Shown: positions 28,486-37,233 of the stretch, piece after piece
Layout of the letters: every line of letters starts with the position of its first letter
How positions within the stretch are numbered: position 1 is the first letter of the stretch
Assembly (NCBI GenBank): GCA_016181845.1
Contig: JACOYO010000002.1
Location: forward strand, 20,780 to 84,779
Reading direction: 5' to 3'
DNA: 64,000 bases
Source of the DNA: Parcubacteria group bacterium
GTDB lineage: Bacteria > Patescibacteriota > Minisyncoccia > Phycocordibacterales > 21-14-all-47-15
Notes under the pieces: generated by a model
What the model was told of the DNA's origin: nothing
What the model saw: the letters and a program-made list of their open reading frames with translations, nothing else
Databases searched by the model: none
Program-made: the position numbers and the translations under genes

Positions 28486-29766
28486 TTACAGTGTAGCGTG
28501 TTTTATACGCGATGTTAATTCTTCCTCAACGATCGCCGCGTCGTTCCACGGCTCTTTGACTCCGTTTGCTCGCATGATGAACGGGTCGGTCCCTTTGCCG
28601 GTGATGATAACCGTATCGCCGGTTTTCGCGAGAGAGATAGCGTGGCGAATCGCTTCCCGTCGGTTTGCTATTTTTTTTACAATCGGGCGTGAGATGCCAT
28701 TTGCGATTTCGTCAATGATTGCTTCCGGGGCATCATCATACGGGTCTTCATCGGTGAGAATAATCTCCGAACAATGCGCGTTTGCGATTTGACCCAACAC
28801 CGGACGTTTCCACGAATCGCGCCCGCCTCCCGCGGCGCCAAGCACGCAAATTTTTCGCGAGAGCCCGTATGTCTCGTATACTTTTTCAAGCGAGTCGGGC
28901 GTGTGCGCGTAATCAACAATGACGGTGAAATCTTGTCCGGCTTCTATTTTTTGCATTCTTCCAGGGACGCCGATGAAGCGCTCCAGCGCGCGTTTAATAA
29001 TGGGAATTCCGATGTTTTGGCTATCCGCAAAGGTCGCGGCGGCAAGCAGGTTGTAGAGGTTGAATTCTCCGGAAAGTTTTGTTGTTATGTTTTCACCCTT
29101 AAACACAAAGACGACACCTTCTTTTTTAAGAGTGTACGGTTTCACATCAGCAATGGAATAGGGTATTGATTCGGTTATTCCACGCACGGAAAGAAAACGT
29201 CCGCCCTCTTCGTCATCTTTGTTCGCGATAATTATTTTTTTCCGCTTGCTTGATATGGCGACCGCGCGGGCGATTGAAAGTTTCGCGTCGCGGTACGCTT
29301 CATACGAGCCGTGCGATTCAATATGCTCGGGTGAAAGATTGGTAAAGAGAAGCGCGTCAAAATCAATAAATCGGTGGCGAAACTGCCGCGCTCCTTCCGA
29401 TGTCGTTTCAACAATCGCGTAGTCGCATTTTTCTTTTACCGCCCCGCGAAGAAATCGCTGTATAAAAAACCGCCCGGGTGAAGTCATTTTTCGCAAATTG
29501 CGTTCTTCTGTGCCGCCTATTTTGAAACGAAGAGTGGAAGAAAGAGCGGTGCGGTATCCCGCCTCTTCCAAAATCGCGTTCAAAAGCTCAATGGTCGTTG
29601 TTTTCCCTTTGGTGCCAGTGACGGCGAGGACAAATATTTTTTTTGACGGAAACCGGTACCAAAGCGCGGCAAAAAACGCCAACAGATAATGATAGACTGG
29701 CTGTGCCACGCGAAACAATTTTATGGGGATTATTTTTCTCCAAAAGGAGAGTATTTTTTCAAGCAT
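28486..29766 (-). CDS. murE: Mur ligase family protein, MurE-like
   Basis: TGTKGKTTT P-loop, VIVDYAHTPDSLEKV, C-terminal NRREAIRHAISLAKTGDTVIITGKG. Confidence 0.6.
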   Translation of the reverse strand: MLEKILSFWRKIIPIKLFRVAQPVYHYLLAFFAALWYRFPSKKIFVLAVTGTKGKTTTIELLNAILEEAGYRTALSSTLRFKIGGTEERNLRKMTSPGRFFIQRFLRGAVKEKCDYAIVETTSEGARQFRHRFIDFDALLFTNLSPEHIESHGSYEAYRDAKLSIARAVAISSKRKKIIIANKDDEEGGRFLSVRGITESIPYSIADVKPYTLKKEGVVFVFKGENITTKLSGEFNLYNLLAAATFADSQNIGIPIIKRALERFIGVPGRMQKIEAGQDFTVIVDYAHTPDSLEKVYETYGLSRKICVLGAAGGGRDSWKRPVLGQIANAHCSEIILTDEDPYDDAPEAIIDEIANGISRPIVKKIANRREAIRHAISLAKTGDTVIITGKGTDPFIMRANGVKEPWNDAAIVEEELTSRIKHATL

Positions 29767-29770
29767 GGGG

Positions 29771-30349
29771 TTATTTTCCGAGCATTTTTAATGCGGCTTT
29801 GATTTTTTCTTGCGCGGTGCCGTCGGAATGTTTTTCATTCACTCGTTTAAGTGTTTCGCGCGCTTCCCTGATTGAGTATCCGAGTGTCTCAAGAGCTTCA
29901 AGCGTTTCAATATCTTCTTTCCGGAGATTGTCATCCTGAATTCCTCCGTCGCCACCCAGTTTGTTTTGCAGTTCCAAGATAATCTTGTGCGCGTTTTTTT
30001 TGCCGATGCCGGATACGTCGGTGAGATATGAAGAATCACCGGAAGCGATGGCTTTTTTGAGCGTGTCTGTCGGCGCGATTTCCATGATACCAAGCGCGGT
30101 TTTCGGTCCGATGCCGGAAACTGTAATCAAAAGTTCAAAAAATTCAAGTTCGGCTCGTGTCAGAAAACCGTAGAGGTCTAGCGCGTTTTCTCTGACCGCC
30201 AAATGAGTCCAAAAAGATACACGGGCTTTCTTTAAGTCAGCTCGAATCGCCGTCATCGCGGTGAAAATTTTGTATCCGACACCGCCGACACCAAGAATAA
30301 CAAACCGGTTGCCAGAAAAAATAATATCACCCGTGAGATGTGAAATCAT
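29771..30349 (-). CDS. ruvA: Holliday junction DNA helicase RuvA (start trimmed to internal Met)
   Basis: MISHLTGDII...GVGYKIF OB-fold N-terminus; HhH region; C-terminal domain III. Confidence 0.8.
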   Translation of the reverse strand: MISHLTGDIIFSGNRFVILGVGGVGYKIFTAMTAIRADLKKARVSFWTHLAVRENALDLYGFLTRAELEFFELLITVSGIGPKTALGIMEIAPTDTLKKAIASGDSSYLTDVSGIGKKNAHKIILELQNKLGGDGGIQDDNLRKEDIETLEALETLGYSIREARETLKRVNEKHSDGTAQEKIKAALKMLGK

Positions 30350-30450
30350 ATACCTATATGGTACACGACCTTGTCTTTGAAAACAAAAATTTGCGTTTAT
30401 GGCTCTTTTTTGGTATAAAGCAAGGTATTCAATAATCATAGAATATAGAT

Positions 30451-30714
30451 ATGCCCATCACCGCATCAGCAAAAAAAGCGCTCCGCAGTTCGGCTCGCAA
30501 AAAAGTGTTTAACGACCGCCGCAAACGCACCGCAAAAGAAGCCGTAAAAAATCTGGAACAGTTTTTTGTTTCAAAAAACAAGAAAGAAGCAGAAGCTCTG
30601 TTGCCGCAAGCGTATCAGGCGATTGACAAAGCCGCCAAACGCGGGGTGATAAAGAAAAATACCGCCGCGCGAAAAAAATCGCGCCTTGCTCGGCGTATTT
30701 CAAAACTTGCGTAA
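30451..30714 (+). CDS. rpsT: 30S ribosomal protein S20
   Basis: 87 aa basic; MPITASAKKALRSSARKKVFN... Confidence 0.85.
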   Translation: MPITASAKKALRSSARKKVFNDRRKRTAKEAVKNLEQFFVSKNKKEAEALLPQAYQAIDKAAKRGVIKKNTAARKKSRLARRISKLA

Positions 30715-30721
30715 AACAAAT

Positions 30722-30765
30722 CCCGCTTTCTTCAGCACTGGCGAATGAAGCGGGTTTTTGTTATG
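30722..30765 (+). terminator. rho-independent terminator after rpsT
   Basis: CCCGCTTTCTTCAGCACTGGCGAATGAAGCGGGTTTTTGTT. Confidence 0.6.
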
Positions 30766-30858
30766 GTAGAGAAGCGTTTGCCCTCGTCGTTCAACTCCGA
30801 CACTTCGGTCGGAGTCCCGACTCCGAGGGTGTCGGGATTATTACAATGAAATAAAATT

Positions 30859-30930
30859 GCCCTCGTCGTTCAATGGATAGGACGCAAGCTTGCGGAGCTT
30901 GTAATAGAAGTTCGATTCTTCTCGAGGGCA
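30859..30930 (+). tRNA. tRNA-Arg (anticodon read as GCG)
   Basis: Manual cloverleaf: acceptor GCCCTCG/CGAGGGC, D-arm GTTC-AATGGATA-GGAC, anticodon stem CAAGC/GCTTG loop TTGCGGA, T-arm AGAAG-TTCGATT-CTTCT, discriminator A. Confidence 0.75.
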
Positions 30931-31167
30931 TAAAAATAATGAGCGCAAAGCGTTTGCTTTGCGCGAATGTATTTTTATAGCCATCAAGAAGAATCGAAAG
31001 GCGGAGGCCGCGAAGCCGAATCCGAAGCGTAGCGCAGGATTCGTGGCCGAGCCGGGGTCGCGAGCCCAAAAATTAAGGAGTGAAACGACTATAATTTTTG
31101 AGGACTTGTGACCGATTCTTCTCGAGGGCATAAAAATAATGAGCGCAAAGCGTTTGCTTTGCGCGAA
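30914..31167 (+). repeat. 200-bp periodic unit: 54-bp direct repeat (tRNA-Arg 3' end + 37-nt trailer) at 30914-30967 and 31114-31167, enclosing a 76-bp GC-rich module (30991-31066) shared with the tRNA-Gly locus
   Basis: Direct sequence comparison; the two 54-mers are identical. Confidence 0.85.
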
Positions 31168-31202
31168 CGCATGTTAGAAACCGATTTGTGGTTTCTTAAA
31201 AC

Positions 31203-31691
31203 TCAAAACCCCAGATATTCCATAATTGTTTCCGAAAGTGATTCGCGGTGTTCTTTTTCCGGAAGAGCGTCAAGGAATATCTCGTGGACTTGTTCGGTTG
31301 AAATTTCTCTGGCAATTGGTATGCGCAAGTACGGCATAAGCCATGTTTCCGATTCAACAACGAGCACATCCTCCATCGGGTATCGGTGAATCCAAAAAGA
31401 TTTGAGCGCGCGAAACGGATACTCTGCGTTGCCGACACGAACGCCGCGCGCGCCGATTGAGAAGAGCAACGTTCTCGGTTGTTTAGTGGCATACATCATG
31501 AGCGTGAACGCCGCGAGTAAAATAAACAAGGCAAACAATACGTTGTTGTACAAAAGAGAGATGATTACAATAGCAACGGCAATAATGCCGATAGCCCAAA
31601 ACCAATCAGCGCTTTTTTTCTGATGGTGATATTCCGTAAAAGACCATTGGATTGATTGTGTTTGAGGAGGCATAGGATAAAAACGAAACAA
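31203..31691 (-). CDS. hypothetical membrane protein
   Basis: Two TM helices; no motif. Confidence 0.5.
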   Translation of the reverse strand: MFRFYPMPPQTQSIQWSFTEYHHQKKSADWFWAIGIIAVAIVIISLLYNNVLFALFILLAAFTLMMYATKQPRTLLFSIGARGVRVGNAEYPFRALKSFWIHRYPMEDVLVVESETWLMPYLRIPIAREISTEQVHEIFLDALPEKEHRESLSETIMEYLGF

Positions 31692-31817
31692 ATAAAAAGA
31701 CGCGTGCTTTTATATTACCAGTATATCATTTTTTAGAATCGCACAAAACAAAATCCCCGCAAAAGGGATTTTGTAGAACTATATTATTTGATAATTTCAT
31801 CAAATAACGCTGAATCG

Positions 31818-32306
31818 TTACTTCGTTACAACAATTGTTCCAAAATGAGCAGCGTTCAGGTGGTCGTGGTATTTCCAGGAGCCGATTTCGTTGAACACAA
31901 AAGACCATGTGCTTCCCGATGCAACACCGGCACATGCGTCAAAGATGGCTGAAGCGTCCGGCGTGCCGCATTTTGCGACAGAGGAGCCTGGGTAGACGGT
32001 ATGAGTGGGATGTATCGCCGATGCCGGCCAAAAATCTTTACCGCTTTCATTTGAGAAGATTACCATCGTTCCTTTTTTGACAGTGACTACATCGGGAGAA
32101 AATCCGTTTGCCGTGTATGAGATTGAGGCGTTGGCAACGGCGGTCTCCACAACAGAGGCGTTGTCATCTGCCGGAACCGCGCTTGTGGTGTCAGATGACG
32201 GCGAGACGGCAAGCGGGGCGGTGTCTTGTTTTTGTTTATCAATAAAAGCAAAAATCACCCACACGACAACTAAAACGACGATAACCCACGCGATAATTTT
32301 TTGCAT
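31818..32306 (-). CDS. hypothetical membrane-anchored secreted protein
   Basis: N-terminal TM helix; Cys/His-containing C-terminus (YHDHLNAAHFG). Confidence 0.5.
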   Translation of the reverse strand: MQKIIAWVIVVLVVVWVIFAFIDKQKQDTAPLAVSPSSDTTSAVPADDNASVVETAVANASISYTANGFSPDVVTVKKGTMVIFSNESGKDFWPASAIHPTHTVYPGSSVAKCGTPDASAIFDACAGVASGSTWSFVFNEIGSWKYHDHLNAAHFGTIVVTK

Positions 32307-32414
32307 ATCAGTTATGTAAAAATTTTTTTAATATCTCGACCAAATACGTTACTTCTATCATAAATTATTTTGTTAATTGAGCAATCAAAAAAGACAATGA
32401 TATACTAGAACATC

Positions 32415-33089
32415 ATGATTTCTCAAAAAAGTAAATTATTTGCGCGAAAAAAACGGGCGCAAAAATTGCTCACGGCGCTCAAGAAACTCTTTCCTCGCGC
32501 GGGCATGGCGCTCCGCTACGGCAACAACTGGGAGCTTTTGGTGGCGGTGATGCTTTCGGCGCAGTGTACTGATAAGAAAGTGAATGAAGTGACGGCGCGG
32601 CTGTTCAAAAAATACCGTACGCTTGACGCATACGCCGGCGCGAAGCAGAAAGCGTTTGAAAAAGATATTTACTCTACCGGATTTTATCGCAACAAGGCAA
32701 AAAACATTATTGCCGCGGCGCGGATGATAAAAGAAAAATTTGGCGGCAGTGTGCCACGCGCGATGACAGAACTTTTAGAATTGCCCGGTGTCGCGCGAAA
32801 GACCGCCAACGTCGTGTTGGGAAATGCCTACGGCGTGGTGGAGGGGATTGCGGTGGATACGCATGTCCAGCGTTTCGCGCGGAAGTTTGACCTCACCGAT
32901 TTTTCAGACCCGAAAAAAATAGAAGAGGATTTGATGGAGCTTTTCCCAAAAAAAGAGTGGTTCTTACTCACCTATCGGCTGATTGAATACGGTAGACAAA
33001 TTTGTCCGGCGCGCCGTCATGATTGCACGAAACACCCACTGACGCGCGTCTATCCCGAAGCGGCGCATCACTGGCCGCGCGCGAAATAG
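32415..33089 (+). CDS. nth: endonuclease III (HhH-GPD DNA glycosylase/AP lyase)
   Basis: LPGVARKTANVVL HhH-GPD motif; C-terminal Cys cluster. Confidence 0.85.
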   Translation: MISQKSKLFARKKRAQKLLTALKKLFPRAGMALRYGNNWELLVAVMLSAQCTDKKVNEVTARLFKKYRTLDAYAGAKQKAFEKDIYSTGFYRNKAKNIIAAARMIKEKFGGSVPRAMTELLELPGVARKTANVVLGNAYGVVEGIAVDTHVQRFARKFDLTDFSDPKKIEEDLMELFPKKEWFLLTYRLIEYGRQICPARRHDCTKHPLTRVYPEAAHHWPRAK

Positions 33090-33195
33090 TATTGCCCACG
33101 GCTTTTATTGAGAAACCTTGTCAAACGTGTTAGTTTGTTTATAGAAACACAACAGTGTGATTATGGTAAAAAGTTTTTTGTGGTATACTGGTTGA

Positions 33196-33669
33196 GTGGC
33201 CGAGAAATATAAAAGAAATCCAAATACCAGCTGTTTTATTTGCAGAAAATCAATTTACAGAAGACCGTTTGAGATAGAAAAAAACAAAGGAAAGATATTT
33301 TGCGGCGCTGTTTGTTATGGCATTTCTTGCAGAAAAGAGAAGCCCTGTATTGTTTGTGGTCAACTCATTTTGTCGGGTTTGCGCAAAAAAACTTGCAGCA
33401 GAAGTTGCTCGAATAAATATAGGATTGGTATTCAATATAAAATAAATAGTCCAAGAGACAAAGCAAAAGCGCAACGTTCTTTAAAACTTAAACTCTTAAA
33501 AGAGAGAGGAAAAAAATGCGAACGTTGCGGTTTCCAAAAATATAATATATTGCAAACACACCACAAAGACAGAGATAGAAACAACAACAATATGAATAAT
33601 CTGGAGATTGTTTGTCCAAACTGTCACGCCGAAGAACATTATTTAGAAAAAAGCCCGCTAAACATTTGA
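33196..33669 (+). CDS. HNH endonuclease with N-terminal Cys-rich zinc-ribbon region
   Basis: CERCG...HHKDRDRNNNNMNNLEIVCPNCH HNH signature; adjacent to tRNA-Ser. Confidence 0.65.
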   Translation: MAEKYKRNPNTSCFICRKSIYRRPFEIEKNKGKIFCGAVCYGISCRKEKPCIVCGQLILSGLRKKTCSRSCSNKYRIGIQYKINSPRDKAKAQRSLKLKLLKERGKKCERCGFQKYNILQTHHKDRDRNNNNMNNLEIVCPNCHAEEHYLEKSPLNI

Positions 33670-33719
33670 TCGAGCACATCACTTGTTTTTTTGAGTAACG
33701 TGTTGTTCCGCCACAGTGC

Positions 33720-33802
33720 GGAGGGTTGCGCCGAATGGTAAGGCACCAGTCTTGAAAACTGGCGGGTGAAAGCCCTTAGAGGTTCGAGTCCTCTACCCTC
33801 CG
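33720..33802 (+). tRNA. tRNA-Ser (anticodon TGA), class II with long variable arm; embedded in a ~21-bp extended leader/trailer stem
   Basis: Acceptor GGAGGGT/ACCCTCC, anticodon stem CCAGT/ACTGG loop CTTGAAA, variable arm CGGGTGAAAGCCC, T-arm AGAGGTTCGAGTCCTCT, discriminator G; flanks TTCCGCCACAGTGC / GCTTTGTGGCGGAA pair. Confidence 0.75.
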
Positions 33803-33868
33803 CTTTGTGGCGGAATATGAGGACATTTAAAATTTCATGGAGGTTTCAAGATGATAAAAATTGAAAAT

Positions 33869-34075
33869 CGGAATCGGAAGCCGAAATGGGGTCGCGCCGT
33901 AGGCGCGACCCCATTTCGGCTTCCGATACACACCGCAGTCGGGATTTTGCAAGAAAGAAAGTTTAACATCGGCATGCGGAGCGCGGCGAGCCCAGCCAGA
34001 GTTCTTCAGCATTCGGCTATGCGATAGCCGAATACACAGCATTCGGCTATGCGATAGCCGAATGTTGGACAGATT
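33869..34075. repeat. structured intergenic block: 24-bp perfect palindrome (CGGAAGCCGAAATGGGGTCGCGCC-GTAG-GGCGCGACCCCATTTCGGCTTCCG) plus two tandem 27-nt hairpin repeats (CATTCGGCTATGCGATAGCCGAAT)
   Basis: Read directly. Confidence 0.7.
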
Positions 34076-34255
34076 ACCCTGCGGTTTACGCCAACAGAGG
34101 CCTATATTTTCGCGTAAGTTGGGTACTATTGCTTGTGTGGCTGAAACATGCCAAGGTGAGAGGAAAGCATATCGTAGTTAGGGATTGTATTTTAGGGCTG
34201 TTATTCCCTTTGAAATATATAAAAAAAGAAAAAACAAGAAAATAAGGAGAGAGCC

Positions 34256-34999
34256 ATGGGAAAATCTCATATCCTCCGGCTTGTCGTTTTTGGTGCAGTG
34301 TTCGCTATTGCTGTCGCCGGCTGTGTTTCACTATCGCATACACGGTCGGGAGAAAAAGATTTTTGGAGGAAGACGCTTGAAAAGAAAATACCGGCAACAG
34401 CGGTTTTGGACACCGATGCATCATGGAATAAGTTTGAGCGCTCTATGAATACGTGGCTGACGGGCAAGATAGGAGTGCTTCGCGAACGCACGGCAAGAAA
34501 AATGTTTGGAAAGCCGACAGAGCGCCGGGTCACGGAGTCGGCGCGGTCAGCAGGGTGGTATTATCGTGAAGGAAAATTGTTTGATTGGGACATGCTTGTG
34601 GCTAGCGGAAATCATCGGAACGAAAAAGACTACATGCTCGTCCTGGGATTTACTCCGAAAGGAGCGCTCGCAACCTTTGAGCTCGCTTCTTCGCGAAATC
34701 CTTCCACGACCATCGGTGGGACGACGAAGTATCTCGTGCGGGGCGCGGTGACGGTCGGTGGTACGATACTGTTTTCACAGTTAATGGAGAAAGCGCTTAA
34801 TCGCGCGAGCGACTACCTTGCCAAAAAATTGGAAGGGCTGGGACCGGAGCTTGAACAAAGAATTCAAAACGGCATCAAAGGAGGACTTCCCGCAGAATTG
34901 AATCTCAAGAGCACGAAGATTCAAGGGACATTATCAAGCGGAGAATCTATTAATCTAACCATCCCCAAAACGGGGTTGGAGATTCCAAAAGTTCCTTAA
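34256..34999 (+). CDS. lipoprotein, hypothetical
   Basis: Signal peptide with AVAGC lipobox. Confidence 0.55.
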   Translation: MGKSHILRLVVFGAVFAIAVAGCVSLSHTRSGEKDFWRKTLEKKIPATAVLDTDASWNKFERSMNTWLTGKIGVLRERTARKMFGKPTERRVTESARSAGWYYREGKLFDWDMLVASGNHRNEKDYMLVLGFTPKGALATFELASSRNPSTTIGGTTKYLVRGAVTVGGTILFSQLMEKALNRASDYLAKKLEGLGPELEQRIQNGIKGGLPAELNLKSTKIQGTLSSGESINLTIPKTGLEIPKVP

Positions 35000-35014
35000 T
35001 TCATTAAAGTAATG

Positions 35015-35060
35015 AAAAAGGGCGCATATGAAAATGAAATATTTTCGTGCGCCCTTTTCT
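35015..35060. terminator. bidirectional rho-independent terminator
   Basis: AAAAGGGCGCA...TGCGCCCTTTT hairpin flanked by A/T runs, between convergent genes. Confidence 0.6.
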
Positions 35061-35085
35061 AATTGAGGGATGAATTTCTAAAAAC

Positions 35086-35316
35086 TCATTGATGCTCTTC
35101 CGGCGTGTTTTTCTTGCGAAACACTTTTGCCACAAATATCAGATAAAAAATATCAAGAAGCGCGAGCGTGTTGATGATAAGGAGGGCGATAAACCATCCT
35201 GTATGGGAATTGCGCGCGGCGGTCCACAGCGCGTAGCCCTTCCACGGAAGGACCCACGCCATCAACAAGAGAAGTATCCAAATGCTCATTGTGCTCATTG
35301 AAAGAAATGGTTCCAT
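35086..35316 (-). CDS. small (76-aa) two-TM membrane protein (track ORF trimmed to avoid overlap with ruvX)
   Basis: MEPFLSMSTMSIWILLLLMAWVLPW...FIALLIINTLALLDIFYLIFVAKVF. Confidence 0.4.
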   Translation of the reverse strand: MEPFLSMSTMSIWILLLLMAWVLPWKGYALWTAARNSHTGWFIALLIINTLALLDIFYLIFVAKVFRKKNTPEEHQ

Positions 35317-35424
35317 ATGTTTCTTATGATAAAGATTTGTGTTGGAGAATGCAACACGGGCGTGTGTATAAAAAAATGCATTTTGCAAAAGACTAGATAC
35401 GAGATATGGTATGGATATAACAAT

Positions 35425-35799
35425 ATGAAATACTTGGGCATTGATTATGGAACCAAACGCGTCGGCGTAGCTCTTTCCGATGACGGCGGGACGATGGCTT
35501 TTCCGTATGGCGTTATTCAAAATACTCCAGCGCTTTTTGGCGAGCTGAAAACGATTATCAAAAAACATGAGATTTCGTGTATTGTCGTCGGAGAGTCGCT
35601 TGATTATTCAGGCAAACCAAATCCGGTCATGGAAGAAATAAAAACATTTGTTCGTGAATTGGAAGCAAAAATTGGTATCGCGGTTCAGTATGAGCCGGAA
35701 TTTTTGACCTCCGCGCAAGCGCGCCGCATTCAAGGCGATTCGCACACGCTTGATGCCTCCGCCGCGGCGATTATTTTGCAAAGTTTTTTGGATAAATAG
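35425..35799 (+). CDS. ruvX: putative pre-16S rRNA nuclease / Holliday junction resolvase-like RuvX (YqgF)
   Basis: MKYLGIDYGTKRVGVALSD N-terminus. Confidence 0.8.
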   Translation: MKYLGIDYGTKRVGVALSDDGGTMAFPYGVIQNTPALFGELKTIIKKHEISCIVVGESLDYSGKPNPVMEEIKTFVRELEAKIGIAVQYEPEFLTSAQARRIQGDSHTLDASAAAIILQSFLDK

Positions 35800-35876
35800 A
35801 CGTCCGACCTCTGAATTGGAAACATATCGGCATTGGCCGTAAATAAAGTAATTACCACATCAGAGGTCGGACGTCT
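35798..35876 (+). repeat. family-A element copy 4, between convergent ruvX and the LysM-M23 gene
   Basis: Direct comparison. Confidence 0.85.
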
Positions 35877-35919
35877 CACGCTATTGATATATGGGATGGT
35901 TTTTGATTTTGGAAAAGTT

Positions 35920-36915
35920 TTAATTCACGAAGGGATTTTTTGCTCCGCGGACCTCAAAGTGGAGGTGTGGACCGGTTGATTTGCCGGTAGAGCCTACGTA
36001 GCCGATGATTTGTCCTCGCACCACATGCCAACCCGCTTTTACTATATTGACGCTGTTGTGTCCGTATAGCGTTTGGGTTCCGTTGCCGTGCTCTATGACA
36101 ATGTAGTTTCCATATCCTCCATTCCATCCATAATCACGGCTGATAATGACATCACCTGATGCGGCGGCAAAAATAGGGGTGCCCGATGGCGCTCCGAGGT
36201 CAACGCCGTTGTATCCATGGAGTCCTTGTGTGAGTATGCCATCCACGGGGCGAAGGTAATAGCCACTATATTCAGGACCGTTTGTTCCGCGTACCGGAGT
36301 AGCATAATTCGCGATTGTTTGTTTTGGCGCGCCTATTTCTCCGTCAGGAATCACGACAATATCTCCGACTGCAAGTATTGCATTTTCGCTTATGCCATTA
36401 AAATTACGCATCTCCTCAAGATTTCCTTTATATTTCTTTGCGATGCTCTGCAATGTTTCGCCTTTCTCAACTGTGTGGAGTACTCCGGAAATAGGAAGAA
36501 TGACGAGTTCTTGTCCAACACTGATGATATTTCCGCGCTTGATATCATTTGCCCAAATGATGGTATTTACCGAAACCCCGAACATTTTAGCGATACCTGA
36601 AAGAGAATCTCCCTCACGCACCACATATATGCTGATTTGGTCTGATTTTGGAGCGTTGTCTTGTATGTCGGCAATGGTGCCGAGCGGTCCGCTATCGGGC
36701 AAAAGGGCGCTTCCACTTACAATAGTGATATCTCCGCCACCCTTTGAGGGGTTTGGGTCGTGGTTTAAGGCCGCCTGAAGCAATGCAACGTTTTGTGAGT
36801 TTCCATTGTTTTGAGACGTATTTGATTTATTGAAGATAGTATCTAAAAAATCTAAAAAACCGGCATTTGCTTGAGTCGGATTTATTAATATCACCGAAAA
36901 CACAAAAGAAACCAA
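35920..36915 (-). CDS. LysM-domain M23-family peptidoglycan metalloendopeptidase
   Basis: Two LysM repeats (YVVREGDSLSGIAKMFGVSVNTIIWAN; HTVEKGETLQSIAKKY); M23 motifs HxxxD...HGNGTQTLYGH. Confidence 0.8.
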   Translation of the reverse strand: MVSFVFSVILINPTQANAGFLDFLDTIFNKSNTSQNNGNSQNVALLQAALNHDPNPSKGGGDITIVSGSALLPDSGPLGTIADIQDNAPKSDQISIYVVREGDSLSGIAKMFGVSVNTIIWANDIKRGNIISVGQELVILPISGVLHTVEKGETLQSIAKKYKGNLEEMRNFNGISENAILAVGDIVVIPDGEIGAPKQTIANYATPVRGTNGPEYSGYYLRPVDGILTQGLHGYNGVDLGAPSGTPIFAAASGDVIISRDYGWNGGYGNYIVIEHGNGTQTLYGHNSVNIVKAGWHVVRGQIIGYVGSTGKSTGPHLHFEVRGAKNPFVN

Positions 36916-37233
36916 GATGGCTCTTTTTGCAAAAAACGTTGCAATTCCTTGTATTTTCGCCCGATTGTTCGTATTTTTCGTTTCGGGGTCTTGTATTTGA
37001 GTAGAAATAAGCCTAATTTTAAGAGGAATTTCCGTCTTTCAGACATAAAATGGCTCTGTTGAGCCATTCTTCAACAATCCATACCATATTCGGCGGATAT
37101 ATTAATGGTAGCGCCGTGGGGAAGGAAGTCAACCGTGACGGCAAGTTGTCTGTGGATATCATATTTTATAAAATATATGAATTAAAAAACCTTTTTGTTT
37201 GTGTTTATTTAAATTACGAGTAAAATAAAACAC

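Noticed and set aside
30791-31131. Minus-strand ORFs (92 and 96 aa) beginning MGSRPRLGHES... that overlap tRNA-Arg and its repeats; a similar ORF 60553..60756 over tRNA-Gly
   Set aside because: They run antisense through tRNA genes. Their shared N-terminus simply reflects nucleotide conservation of the 76-bp module. No start context, so they are treated as non-coding.
33827-34042. 71-aa ORF over the 24-bp palindrome region
   Set aside because: The frame is driven by palindromic and tandem-repeat sequence; not plausible coding.
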